This document shows, piece by piece, positions 12,556 through 25,640 of a DNA stretch of 64,000 bases (the stretch's first letter is position 1; the number at the start of each line of letters is the position of its first letter). The DNA lies in contig NC_058368.1 in NCBI RefSeq assembly GCF_018350175.1, positions 157,420,001-157,484,000 of the forward strand, in the 5' to 3' direction. The notes below the pieces were generated by a model. It made no database searches. It worked only from the letters and a program-made list of their open reading frames with translations, and was not told the origin of the DNA. This stretch comes from Felis catus. Lineage: Eukaryota. The translations under genes and the position numbers were made by a program.

Positions 12556-12779
12556 TTTTTTTTTTAATTTTTTTTTCAACGTTTATTTATTTTTGGGACA
12601 GAGAGAGACAGAGCATGAACGGGGTAGGGGCAGAGAGAGAGGGAGACACAGAATCGGAAACAGGCTCCAGGCTCTGAGCCATCAGCCCAGAGCCTGACGC
12701 GGGGCTCGAACTCCCGGACCGCGAGATCGTGACCTGGCTGAAGTCGGACGCTTAACCGACTGCGCCACCCAGGCGCCCC
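12556..12779 (-). mobile_element. Young CanSINE (SINEC_Fc-like) in GLRX intron 1 (sense to gene)
   Basis: CpGs retained. TSD GACCCAAAG at 12547-12555 and 12780-12788. Confidence 0.95.
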
Positions 12780-13339
12780 GACCCAAAGCTTTTAAAATCA
12801 CTTTACAACCTCCTCATGTATATTCTTTCCGGTTAGAACTTGGTTAGAAGCATGAAATTATTCACTAAACAATTATTTTCAAGCCAACAAGTCTGTCAGC
12901 TGGAGAATGCTGTGCACAGGTTTGTCTAGCTCGTCCCCATGACCTAAAAATTTCACTCCACATAAACACATTTCAGGAAACGAATTTCGGCTGGCTGCAG
13001 GGAGACCACCCTGATTGAATGCTGGTTTCTCTGCAGTTGGCGCCACACCTGAGCCCTTATGCAGACTGAGCCAGGACAACCAGGAAGGAGTTTTTTCTAA
13101 ATACAGCCAGACAAGTATTTGCATTAGATCTCTGTCCCTGATGTTCAGATTCACAGTATATTAGAGTCATTTCTCTCTGTTGTGTGCTCTGTCCTCAGCT
13201 GGTGAAGGGGTGGTGATATCTGACTCTCCCTTCATTCCTGGCCTATCATAAGATGTTTAAATGCTGTAGCTCACCTGTTTTGGTATCCCTCTGACACATA
13301 TGAGTCATCGAAGGCGGCATAACTGATGAAGGGTTGGTT

Positions 13340-13490
13340 AAAACATAGGTTTCTACTACCTTTCCCCCACCTGCCCAAATTTCTCATACAGAAGGTCTAG
13401 GGTAGGGCGCAAGAATTTGCATTTCTGACAAGTTCCCAGGTAATGTGGACTCCTCTGCTTCAGGGATCATATTTGCAAATGACTGGTAGA
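13340..13490. mobile_element. MER5-type hAT MITE
   Basis: AGGTCTAGGGTAGGGCGCAAGAATTTGCATTTCTGACAAGTTCCCAGGTAATG. Confidence 0.7.
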
Positions 13491-15419
13491 CACTGAGCAG
13501 TTTATTCCTCCCCAGTAAGTGAGGCTTTGAAAACCCAAAGCTCAGCAACAGCCCCCAGCCACTTGAGACAGGTTCTGAAATATGATCGGGCTGTCTCCAG
13601 GGTGGAGTTTTTGCACACCATCTGGCAAAGACGGGGATTTGCCTGAGAGCTGAGAGGCCCCTCTGCCCTTACACCCACCGTCTAGGCAAGAGCGAAACCA
13701 CCTGAGGCACAGCAGTGACTGACTGGAACCCACACGCAGAGCTGACTGCAGGCTGCATGTGACAGCGTGGGGGGCAGTGGTGACAGAACCACAATCTGTT
13801 GATTCAGTTGAGGAAGGAGAAACACGTGCTCTGTGCGCACCCCTCCTGGCCCCAGCCGCCTCTTCCAGGAACCTGAGAGTCTCTTACCGTCAAGGAGCAG
13901 AAAGTAAACTGCCACCATGAAAGCAAGCTTGCTGTTACTGGGGCCTGTACTCTCCTGGCATACCTTTCTAGGGGTCCCAGCCCCAGCTCGGCTCCTCCTC
14001 TGTGCTCCAGGCTGCTCAGACCCAGCTCGGCAACTGCCGAAACTCGTCACCACCTCCTTGGCTAAGTCCCTGGGACAAGCCACCATTATTTCTCATCTGA
14101 GGAACTGCTCTAGCCTCCAGAGGTCTCCCAGATTCAGCCTTCATGCCGGCCTTCCTACAGTCACTTTTCCCCCCCAGCCACCAGTGACCCTTTCAAAACG
14201 AACATTAGGTTATTCTTCTGCTGACAACTCTTCAGTGGAATCTCATTGCACTTTAAAAGCCACAGTCCTTATGATAGCTTGAAAAGGCCTTCCCAGCCTG
14301 TCGCTCATTACCTCTCCAACCTCATCTCCTCCTACTTTCCTACTAACTCAACACTGCTCCGGACACACAGACCTGCTTGCCAGGCATGCAGCCACCACAG
14401 GACCTCTGCATGTGCTGTTCCCACTGCCTGGAATACTCTACTGCTGAATTTCTGCATGCCTTGCTCTCTCACCTCCTTTTGAGATCTACTAACATCAGTG
14501 AGGCCCTGATGACTCCATTGAAAGCTGTCCCTTGCTGCCTACCGTCTATCTCCCTTTCTTACCTAGTTTTTCCCCATAGCACTTATCACTGACCACCCTC
14601 TGCCATACTGTTTTACTTCTCACGTATACTAGAATGTCAGTTCTACAAAGGCAACAGTTTTTGTTTGTTCTGTTCACAACAGTTTTCCAATGTCCAGTAG
14701 AGTGTCTAGTATGTAGTTGGTGGTTTCAAAATTGCTGTACCCAACAAAACTCTCCTTCAAAAGTGACGGAGAGATACTTGGTCACACAAGCAAAAATTGA
14801 GGAAATGCGTTGCCAATAAATCTGCCTTGCAAGAAATGTTCAAAGAAGTTCTTCAGAGAGAAGGAAAATGATCAACTTCATGAACTTGGATCTACTTAAA
14901 GTAAAGAAGGGCATTAGAGAAAGAATAAGCCAAGATGCCGATCTAGGAGCTTTGGCCAGAGTAAGACCAAAACAATTGCTCAGGTACAGGGCCTGATTGA
15001 AGACCTAGGTTTCTGTCATCAGTCAAGTCCTGCTCGGCTCTTACTGTGGGCAGTCACCACAGGTCATTACAGGGTAAGTAAGATAGCAACTATTTCCAGG
15101 TCTCCAGCCTCTTCGCATATAAACCCTTCACTCTTAGGGAACAGGAAGCATACGCCTTAAAAGGATCTGTTCTTTACCTTGGAGGAATGCATTCAGGACT
15201 CAAGAACCTGTGAGAAGTATTTTTAAAACTTCAAAAATAGACTTAAGACCACATGAAAAAGTGTTGCTCTATGAAGAAATGGAAAAAAAAAATGTGTTGA
15301 ATGAAGAGGTTTCTCCTGCTAAAGAATAGAGGATGCCAGGCTGAGAAGTAGCTCCCAAGATTTGCTGGACTTTGGAATTACCTGAGGATCACAAACATTC
15401 CCCGCCCTCCCCCCGCCCC

Positions 15420-15705
15420 GGACTTATTGAGGTGTGATTGAAAAATAAATGTGTACATATTTAAGGTCTCCAATATTGTGTTTTGATATACATATACACT
15501 GTGCAATGATTACCACAATCAAGTTGATGAACACATCCATCACCTCACATAGTTAACTTTTGCATTCGTGTGGTGAAAACACCTTAGATCTCCTCCCACA
15601 GCAGATTGCAAGAGCACAGTACAGTATTCTTAACTGCAGTCAGCATGCTGTCCACGAGATCCTCAGAACTTACCCGTCTTAAGACCGAGAGTTTGTACCC
15701 TTTCA
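15420..15705 (-). mobile_element. L1MA-type 3' end in GLRX intron 1
   Basis: ACACATCCATCACCTCACATAGTTA...CAGAACTTACCCGTCTT. Confidence 0.7.
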
Positions 15706-17086
15706 TCTGGGGATTTAAAACTATTGCTGGCTGCTTCTTCTGACATGTGATTTAACATGTATGAGGAACGACTCGGGCATCTAGATTTTCTAAAAAGCTC
15801 CTCATGTGATTCTCATGTGCAGCAACATTTGGGAACTACTGGCTGCGAGGGATCCACCCATCGCTGTGGGGTCCTGGGCACCGCTTTCTCTTCGGACTCC
15901 AGGCAGCCTGCACAGCTGGCGGTCCAGCCTTGCAGCAAGAGTCTCTGACCACTGAGCCCTCCCGCTGCAGAGACAAGAGTTCTCAGCTCACAACTGGCAC
16001 CTGAAAGCAATAGGCTAACAGGTTTAGCCTCCCTCTGTACCAAAATACTGATTTCTGACAGGAGAGGAAAGGAGAAACAGCCTCTAATGCTTTATACTCA
16101 GAACCCAGAGAAAATTCTGAGTCAAACTAGAACGGAACTAGGGTACGTGCTTCTGCAAATGCTGTGTCTGAGAACGTGCATCCCGAGAAGGGCTGTCGTG
16201 AGCTGGTGGACAGGCAGTTATTACACCCAGTACCACAACTGGTAGAAGCTACCTGGTTGGCTGTCCATCCCACCAGAAGCCATGGGTGCTGAGGAAGAGG
16301 AAACCTTTTGAGGTAGAGAACAGCAGTTCTTAGTGGGGCTCACGGTCTAAGAGCAAAGGGGACTCGGAGGTGCCTTGCACTAGACTGATCTTGCAGCCAG
16401 GGAGGTCCTTGAGGATCATCGAGGTGGGGTCTTGCCCAGGGTCACACAGCAAGCCATTGTGAGAGCCAGCCTGAAACTCTGCCCCTGAACTTCCTACCAG
16501 GACAGGCCTGGAAACTTCTGTAGTTCAGAAGAAGGGACAAATAATGAGCCTTTAGATTTTTCCAGTGGGAGGAGTTAGAGAAGATATGGAAGAATGAGCC
16601 AATTGGGTAATAAAGAGAGCTTAGAGAAAAGATTGAAGGACAGCAAATCCCACTTGGCCAAGTGAACACAGAACAAAGAGCGCACACGATTGCCATGTTC
16701 ATAAAAGAACCGTACGGATCACACTCGGCCCCTCCACCCCACCTTCTAGCCCCAGCCCTGCAAGCTGTCATTTCCCCGGCAGTGCTTGAAACAAAGACTC
16801 GGGATGGCTCAACAACTCCCCAGACAGCTGCTGGACCCGCGCTCCCAGACGCACAGCACAGGGTCTGCGAGGACCTTTGGCTGCAGTCCAGCTGCCTGGT
16901 CCCTGGAGCAGTGTCTTCTCTCTGGCGCCCTCCCCCACCCCGCAGAGCCCTCCCGCGCCTTGAGTGACGACTGAGTGACGGAGCCCTAGCGGTGTCCTAG
17001 AGAAAGGCACAGGCAGGCATATCCTGTGCACAGCCCCCACAAGATAAAGGAATCTGAGAGCTTTCGCCCAGCCTTTGAGAACTCAC

Positions 17087-17293
17087 TGTTCTGGCTCCAG
17101 TGAGCTGTTGCAAATAATCTTGAATCTTGCTAGTGTCACTGGTGGCTGTGATATCCACAAATTCCAAAACCCCTTGTTTGAAGGGCAATTGGCTGAGGAG
17201 CTCTTGGGTCCTCTTGCAGTAGGGGCAGGAGGGCTTGATGAACACAACCACCTTCCCGGGCTGGATTTTGCAGTTCACAAACTCTTCAGCCAT
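17087..17293 (-). CDS. GLRX: Glutaredoxin-1, coding exon 1 (aa 1-69)
   Basis: Translates MAEEFVNCKIQPGKVVVFIKPSCPYCKRTQELLSQLPFKQGVLEFVDITATSDTSKIQDYLQQLTGART with the CPYC dithiol motif. Good Kozak context (AGCATGG). Ends at a phase-0 donor ACA|GTGAGT (17086-17081). Confidence 0.98.
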
Positions 17294-17378
17294 GCTGACA
17301 GGCGGCCACCTCCAGGGGAGGAATCCTCAATGGCAGGTAATGCTCCGAGTGTAAACCGGTGGCCTGGCCAGCTGGCGC

Positions 17379-17387
17379 TTATTTAAA
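17379..17387 (-). promoter_or_regulatory. TATA-like box of GLRX (TTTAAATAA)
   Basis: AT-rich box in GC-rich surroundings about 86 nt upstream of the ATG. It implies a TSS near 17350 and a short ATG-free 5' UTR. Confidence 0.6.
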
Positions 17388-17759
17388 GGAACCTCCCTGG
17401 AGGAGGAGTTTGCCCAGCAGCGTGCTGGATTTTTAAAGGGACAGATCCAATGTCATGTCAGTCTCGTATGATTCATCAGCTAGAGATGCAGAGAAGAATG
17501 CATACTTCTGTTTAATCAGTGGCTGTGCCCAGGGTGGCAGTGTGACCTCAGCTCTTTCAGGAGCACCTGCCCTTTGGCAGAGAGCACAGTCAAATTACCC
17601 TTTGGAGAAGCATATAAAGTATGCAGACCAGCCCCAGGGAGGGGGCCGAGCCAGCAGTGATCCTTAGAGTCAAATCTTTGTTTTCCCTCCCAGAGATGGC
17701 AAAAACTCACACAGAGACAGAATCTTTCATGAAACAGAACACAGTGAAATCACTTTAGA

Positions 17760-17775
17760 GGAAGTGAAACTGAAA
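17760..17775 (+). promoter_or_regulatory. Overlapping ETS-IRF composite element and ISRE core
   Basis: GGAAGTGAAACTGAAA contains GGAAnnGAAA and GAAAnnGAAA, about 410 nt upstream of the inferred GLRX TSS. Confidence 0.55.
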
Positions 17776-18372
17776 TTGTGAATTGCATCCATCTTGAGGT
17801 TGCTCCCCTGGGCATTTTGCTTGGTCTGGTTGATGGTTATTAGTTCCCAACACATAGAAATCCAGAGATTTCACAAAAGAGTCTGGACTTGCAACCTTTC
17901 TCTGAAAAGTCTGGTCTCAGTGACCTGTGGCAGCTGCTGGGGCTGAGTAACTGCGTTCCATCCCCACAGGGCAGATAGGGACTCTGGTTTACTACTGATG
18001 GCTAGCTCCTTGACCGCCAGACGCATTTGCTTTTGTGACCCTTGAACATCAGTTTTCCATGAAAGCAAATTCCAACATCCGCCCTGATTTCAACTGCAGG
18101 CTTAATGAGGGTGTATTTCTCTGTTTAACCCTCTGTTTGTGACCCTTCCTACCACCTCCACCTGAAGCATATGAAGACACGAAGATATGAAGCAAGGGCT
18201 GTAAGACAGGAAGTTGTGATGTTCTTTGCACACCCCACAGTCCCTAGTGGGGGGGGAGTGGAGTCTTCTGTTCTAGGTTCAGTTCTGACCCCTCTGTGTG
18301 CAGTAAGTTAAATACATAAATCAAGGAAAAGCCACCTTTGAAGGTGAATCATCCTTTTCCCCGGGAAGTAAG

Positions 18373-18595
18373 TTATTTATTTATTATCTTATTTTATTTA
18401 TTTTTAAAATACTTATTCACTTTTGGAAGAGCACAAGTTGGGGAGAGGCAGGAAGAGGGGGACAGAGGATGGGAAGCAGGCTTTATGCTGACAGGCTGAC
18501 TTCAGTGAGCCCAATGTGGGGCTCGAACTCACAAACCGGGAGATCGTGCCGAAGTCGAAGTCAGATGCTCAATTGACTGAGCCACCCAATGCCCC
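18373..18595 (-). mobile_element. CanSINE
   Basis: Reverse SINEC head and T-rich tail. Confidence 0.85.
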
Positions 18596-21500
18596 TAGGA
18601 AGTTTTATACTGAAATGCTTTTCCAAGAGGTGGGACTGGGGCCTGTGCTGGGCACCTCCACTGATTATTTTGTTGGTGGGATCCCCAACATCGTATGACT
18701 GACAGAGGGAAGAAGATGGGCTCCTAGAAGCAGTTCTAACTATTACTAAGGTTAAATGGCAAAATGAAGAACCCAGATTTTGAGTCACAGACAGGGAGCT
18801 GATAAGTGAGATCTCTGTCAACAAAAAGAATGTACTTAGGCTCCAGAGGCCTGAGGGAACTTGTCCTGCTCTGGGCTTGGAACTGCCCAGCCCAGCCCTT
18901 CACTTCCCTCCTGCATAAGCACAGGGCAGAACCCAGAATTGGTTACCTCTGTTTTTCCCCCTCCTTTAGCTCCCACTCCTGTGGCCTCCCTCCTCCTTCA
19001 GGCCCTGGGTCTCTTCAGGGACCTCAGGGTAGCCACCTTCTGTTCCCTGGGCCCAAGGTTCATCAGCAGGCCTTGTACCTGGCTATTCCCTCAGAGCCTG
19101 TGTCTTCTCAGTGTCTGGGATTCGCCTGGCCCTCACTTCTGGGTCTTTTTCACCAGTGTGTGATTCTGTTCAAGTCCCTCCTTGTTAAAAACCACCACCA
19201 CCACCTTTCATCTCCTTTGACCCTACTCTCTTGCGTCTGCCCTTTCTCAACAGCCAAGTTGTACGAAACTTGCTGTTATGTTTGCTGTCTTTAGTTTCCC
19301 CACCTCCCACTCCTTCCTCATGTCCTTGCAATCTGACCTCCTTATCAAACTCTTATCAGACATTCTGCTCAAACTCCTTTGCTAAGTCACTGTGTGGCCA
19401 GGTGTCCTGACCGACTAACTCAAAAATGTGGGTGTGGAATTTTTGTTAATTGGTGGAGTGATCTTCCCAAAGATCTGTGTACACAGGGTCCCCTGGGGGT
19501 TGGGTACCTAGGGCAGAGACTGGGGTACGTGGGGTGGGGGAGGACTCTGTCATCTGCTCCACAGCTCAGTCCCAGCAGCTGGTGTCTGAAGCCTTAGGAC
19601 AGACGGCCCCCCTAGCTGGAGAAGGTATTTTCACGAGGAACTATGTGAGACATGGAACACAAACAGATGGCAAAGAGTGGGTGTCCTCTTAATTCCTCAG
19701 AAAATGCTGTGGCTCAGCTCAGGGAAGAAGAGCATAGAATACTCTGTGTGTTGGCATCATGAAGGTGTGTAGCTTTGGCACGTGAAGAGATGGAACCTGT
19801 GGACCTCGGGGCCATCTTGGTGGTGGGGGTCGGGGCTGTGGGGAGGCCCTGTCCTCAAGTGCTGTGGACATCAGGAGGCGGTGTGTATGGAAGAGCACGT
19901 GAGCATGTTTCTTGGGCTTGGGCGCCACACTCCCAGGCACTCCCAGAAATAATGGGAAGTGAGGACTTTTATTCAGGGAGTAGAAGTCCTGCAAGAAGCT
20001 AGTGATGTGTGTGAAACAGTGGCTAGTTCTATTAGTGTGGCTTCATGTGTACCCACAGGCTGATGAGGGCTGGGAAAATTTGGCCACAAATGAACATTTT
20101 TCAGGCTTTTTCATGACTTGCCCGCTTTGTAGAACTTGACCACACAAGAAACTGCCCTGTCTTGAAGCTCTCTGCTTCAAAAGGTCATTTGCAGCTTGCT
20201 CTTTTTTTTTTTTTAATCCTTCCTGTATCCCTGGGTATTCTGTCTCAGACTCTTTCTCAAGAATTTTGCCCACTCATGTGATGTATCCTCGGGCTTGATC
20301 CTCTTCTCACTAGGTACACACCCTCCTTGAAAGATTTCATCTGTCCATGTGGCTTCAGCTGTTACTTGTTTGCTGATGAGTACTGTGTTTATTTTTCTTG
20401 TCCAGACTCCTCTCCTAAACCTCAGAAATGGATAGCCCATTGCCTCCTGAGAAGACCCATCCGGGGGCTCCTAAGGCATGTCAGCCTCAGTGTGAACAAA
20501 ATTGGAGCCACCCTCCTCTTTTCCATACCTGTGCGTGCTCCCATGAGTACCATCATCTGCCGTGTCAACCAGGGCAGAAAACTGTGGGCATTTGTGCTGC
20601 TACTTCCCCCCAACCTCCTGCTTTTGTTTATACCGAGTGTCCAAATGCTAATAAATTTTGCCTCCTCTGTACCCCTCTGGTCTGAGCACCCTTTTCATCC
20701 TGACTGCCCTGTCTTGGACCAGCCCTCATCAGTTCTCAGCTATATCTTATTAGAATTTCCATCTTGGACTCAAGGCCTGGCCCCACACAGATCCTGGGGT
20801 GCTCTTTGTATTTGCAAATCCTACCATGTTCTCTCTTTTTCTTAGAAGCTTTACATTTTTCTTTAGGAAAGACTCCAGATTCCCTAGGGGGTTATGGCCC
20901 CGTGTGATTGGTCCTCCCTGCCTCTTTAGCTGTATCCCTGCCTTTCCCCCACATTTCTCCTTTATTCAAGCTCTGTGGAAACTGAGCCATTTCCACACTT
21001 CTGCTGCACACACCCACATTGCTTTGGACCTGCTAATCTCTCTGCCTAAAGTGCTCCTCCTCCCCTATATGGCTGACTCCCCTGGTCCAACAGGATCCAG
21101 ATGATGTGTTATCTTCTTTAGGAAGTATCCATGAGCACCCACCTCTTTACCGCAGCCTGAGCTGGTAACCCCCACAGCTGGGCTCTCATGCTGTGCCCTG
21201 ACTTAATTTCCTCTCATTGTCCTTTGTTCCCCTTTTCTACCATCTGCAGTGAGCTCTTTGAGGGTAGGGAAAGGGCTTTCATCCTTGTATTACCCTAACT
21301 GAGAAGATTAACAGATCCACACTGGCCCTTATCCATTCACCCATGCCTCCATCCAACAAATGTTTTAAATCAACTACTCTGGGCCAGACACAAGCATCCG
21401 TTTCATACAGCCCCAGTCCCTAGGAGTTTAGAGTCCAGTAGGGAATACAGACACAATAAATGGACACAAGTATTGTAAAGTATTCTAGGTTGTGTAATAG

Positions 21501-24306
21501 AAGTATGTATGGGCATGAGACTGACCAAAAGAGAGTGGTTATTCCTGCCTTGAGTGTGCTTAGGGAAATGTTGACAAAGGTGAGCTAGGCTGAATCTTGA
21601 GAGATGAGGTGTTTGTGAGTCTACAAGGGAGGAAAGGGCGTTGCAAGCAGAGGAAGCAGGAAAAGCAAAAAAGACATAAATAGCATTTGGTATTGAATGT
21701 AGTTGTGTGTGGATAGAGCATAAGGATTGTGAGGTGGGGGAAAAGGAGAGAGACAGCTGCAGAGCAGCTGATGATGGGCAGATGATGGGTGTCCTTTACC
21801 AAGCTAAATATTGAGGACTTTACACATGGTCGGTGAAGAGCCATAATAGGTGTATTTTAAGCATGGCTAGATTTGCAGTTAAATGATCAATTAATGACTA
21901 TATCATATCTCCCAAGTAACACAGTGGGTACCTGAATGCAGTTTGACTACAGAAAAGCTCCAAGAAATGCTTTGAAGCAGCCAAACCTTCTAGGGTCTCT
22001 CAGAGCTCACCCTGGGACCAGTTCTGTCTTCTCCAGGGCTTGAGGTGGTGGAAAGGGGCAGCTTAGCAGGCTGCCATGGTTCTGAGCTGCTCTCAAGACT
22101 TCCCAGGTTAATCATGGCTGCTCTCAGCCCTTGTGATATGCCACTGTAGCAGTTCAGGTGAATGAGCCATGTTACCAGCAGCCCTTTCCAAACTCAGACA
22201 CATCCAAATTCCAGTGTGAAGCTGTGTCCCTTATCAGAGTCTAGTCTGATCCTGTTTGGTGTTCTCTCTCTGGACTCTCTAGATTTGACCACAAAGGACC
22301 ACTGGCTTTGATTCTAACTGTAGTCCCTTTGGTTGGATTGTTTCTTCACCTTCCACCTCTATGCAGGGCTGCTCAGTGCTGAACTCAGTAGCACAGGTAG
22401 CTACCACTTACTTTGTACCTACTGTGTGCCAGGCTCAGCATTAGGGGATGTACATACATCATCTCTAATCCTCACAGCAACTTTTAAAGGCAGATACTTT
22501 GGATACTTTTGGATCCCAAATGACTAGAGGAATAAGGAGATGGTCCCCAACTTGGAGGACTTGAAGTTCAACCAAGGTCAGAAGACTAGGCTGCTTTCCA
22601 ACAGGCTCCACCATATTATATTTGGAAAGTCTCCCTTGTTGCCACTTTTCCTAAGATCCAGGCCCAGTCTCTGTATAGTATTAATAGTGTATCATCTATT
22701 AATACTGGTGACTGAAGAGTCCCCTTGTCCCACTGAGGTTTATTATTATCATTTAAGTTTTCAAAACTGGTTCTTTGACCTTTCCAGGTGTTTTACCACA
22801 GGTAATCTTACTCTGGCTATTGGCTTCATGGGAAGGAATAAGCCCTATTCCTCTGATCTCTTCAACCTAATCATGTCAAACCACACCAAGCTTTTTATTA
22901 GGAATCTCTTTATTAGGGGCACCAATAAGGAAGTGACATTAGGTTTCTTTCTTTCCCAGCCCTTGGTGCCAAGGTAGGATATCTCATAGAGCATTATGCC
23001 TATTTCCTTTGGGATGGATGTGGCTGGAGGGGGATGGAAGGTTGAGGACTCCCCTCAGGCTGTGACTTGGATTTCCTCTAAGGAATTCGAGGGTACTTTG
23101 AGAAAAAGCACATAGATTGATATTTCAGAGCATCATGTGAACATGCTGTAGCAGGTGCAAGCACCCATCTTTCCACAGCTGTGTTCAAAGGTGGAAGGCA
23201 GAGGGTGGCACAGGCAGGGCATTCCTCCTTTCATGCTTTTCCCCCAGCAGACTTCCCTTATATCTCCTAGGCTGGGACTGGTTCAAATGCCCACCCCGAA
23301 GTCAGGGTCTCTCTTGCCTAAACACATTGCTGTGTGCTTGATAGCTGAGTTCTCTGGGCCAGCAAGATGAGACAGCACAGTTGGTTGTAAGGTTGTTGGA
23401 TAGTCAGTCAACCTTATTGTGTACCACATGTGGCACTCTTATTTTATTGTCTACTATTCCCTTTCACCACCAAGAGCAGGGGTCTGCTTTTCCCTGATCC
23501 ATTCTCCATTTCGCTGCCCTTATCCATGTGATGGGTTCACCCTCAGCCTGATGGTCGGATGCCTCATCTCTGAACAAAAATGTCCCAAGGAAGCTAGTGA
23601 GGGTCATTTCTGAAGTGTTCCCACAGTAAACCTCACCTTGTGCTACTTGTCCAAATTCTTCACAGGATCACTCCTGACTTGAAGATTATGAAAAGGAATG
23701 GGATAACTCTACTTTTGGAGAAGATCTGGTCCACACCTGGAGTGGAGATGGTTTTAGCTTCTCCTGAGGGAATGGGCTATGTTGAGGAGGAGTAGATTCC
23801 CTAGGAAAGCTGGAGTTCTCTAGGAAGAAGGAAGGAGAAAAGGCATGTCAGGGAGGCAACAAACAGTATTCATGACCAACTCTCAGGGCAAACTTCTTAG
23901 AGGCAGTGAGTCACCAGTAGGAACTATCTTGCTTAGTCAAACACTAAAAGAAAACATGGCTGTCTCTCTTGTTCCACAGACTGTTTTATCTATTTATTTG
24001 ATTGAGTGCAATGCCTTCCAGGCCTAACTGTTTTTAGCAGTTTCATATCTGTCATTTATGCCTTTCCCAAGGTAGGTTATCAAAACAATTTAACCAATGA
24101 ATATCCCCCTATGGTAGGTATCTGCCATTTGCGGATAGGAAAGCAGACTTAGGGTGGTGTGAAGACTATTTAAAGTCTCAAGTGATGACTGTTGAGTTGG
24201 CAGTTTGAGGTCCACTAGAGAGAGCAAGGATGCCACCCAAGAATCAGCAAGGACTGGTGGACCACTAGGAACCATACAGAAGTACAGTTGTAAAGCTGAG
24301 GGAGGG

Positions 24307-24419
24307 ATTTTATTTTTTAGAACAGTTTTAATTCCACAGGAAAAAAAAAACGGGTAGAAGATACAGAAATTTCTTATATGCTCCCTGCCCTTCCACATGC
24401 ATAACCTCCCCGTTATCAA
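24307..24419 (+). repeat. 113-bp duplicate of 25234-25346
   Basis: Near-identical text. Both copies give the same peptide GRLCMWKGREHIRNFCIF in the ORF track. Confidence 0.92.
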
Positions 24420-24808
24420 GCTGGCCCTCAGTGATACTGGGGTCCTGGAATGGGTGTCCTGTGTGGCTCCCTTTTGCATTGAATAGGGTTGACATTTATG
24501 AACCAACAGGATGTTGTGGAGATGAGGTATGTGACTTCTAAGAGTAGGTCATAAGTCTCTAGTAAAGCCAAGGTCTCTAGTCAGCAACCACTGAGGAGGC
24601 CATCTTGAAAGTAGATACTCCAGCCCCAGTCAAGCCTTCAGATGACTTAAATCTCAGCCAACATCTTAACTGCAATCTCATGACAGACTCTGAGCCACCC
24701 AGTGTTTCTGGCTTCTCAAAAACTATATGAAATAAAAGAAAAAATGTCTGTTGTTTTAGGTGGATAAATTTGGGGGAATTTGTTGCACTGAAATGGAGAA
24801 CTAACACA
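24420..24808 (+). mobile_element. MLT1-type MaLR LTR
   Basis: CCAGCCCCAGTCAAGCCTTCAGATGAC...AACTGCAATCTCATGACAGACTCTGAGCCA...AACTAACACA. Confidence 0.75.
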
Positions 24809-25233
24809 GAGGTCTAGGCACCCCACCCCACATACCAGAGTGGGTCTGGACAGCATCAATATGTCTCCAAGATGACTCCAGCATCATTTTCAGGTCAGGG
24901 TAAGTCTTCTGCTAAGCTGCTGACATGGGATCAACCTAGGGTTTGGTCAGCATTCAGCCTAAAGATCCTCAGCGCATACAGCGGGGAAGAGATGGGGCAG
25001 TATGTGTGTGTGTACACATACACGTGGAGTGTGTATATGTGGGTGTGTGAATCCATGCTGTTTCCTTGTGTCCTCCATAAGGGAAAAAAGGCCTGTTTTC
25101 TCTGCCTTTTGCCTCCACAGTAACCATGAACCCTACTTTATTTATGACACCTCCTCAGGTTTGTTTGTTTATTTTTTAGGGATAATTGACATGTAACATT
25201 ATATAAGTTTCAAGTATATGTTTTTTTAAATAT

Positions 25234-25570
25234 ATTTTATTTTTTAGAGCAGTTTTAATTCCACAGAAAAAAAATGGGTAGAAGAAGATACAGAAATTTC
25301 TTATATGCTCCCTGCCCTTCCACATGCATAACCTCCCCATTATCAACATCCCCCACCAGAGTGATGAATACATTTCTTACAATTGATGAACCTACATAAA
25401 CACATCATGATCACCTAAAGCCCATAGTTCACATTAGGCCTCTCTCTTGGTACTGCACATTCAACCCATTGAATGTGGTTTAACAGATGTATAATCGCTT
25501 ATGTCTACCATGCAGAGAAGTTTCATTGCCCAGAGAATCCTCTATGCTCTGCTTATTCATCTCCCTCCCG
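25234..25570 (-). mobile_element. Old L1MC/MD-type 3' end
   Basis: CCCCACCAGAGTG...TTACAATTGATGAACCTACAT...CATAGTTCACATTAGG. A related relic lies at ~50900-51170. Confidence 0.7.
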
Positions 25571-25640
25571 GGCAAAGGCTGTTTATTTTCCATTCCATAC
25601 CTTCTTCATTGAATCTTTACTGTATGAAGGTATTGTTCTT

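Noticed and set aside
16997..17086. C-terminal 29 aa of the 98-aa ORF 16997-17293
   Set aside because: Read-through into intron 1 past a GTGAGT donor. The true C-terminus is exon 2 at 12456-12343.
18806..22977. Longer ORFs at 18806-19294, 20327-20845 and 22540-22977
   Set aside because: No recognisable protein family. The 20327 ORF overlaps L2 relics, and I see no supporting exon structure.
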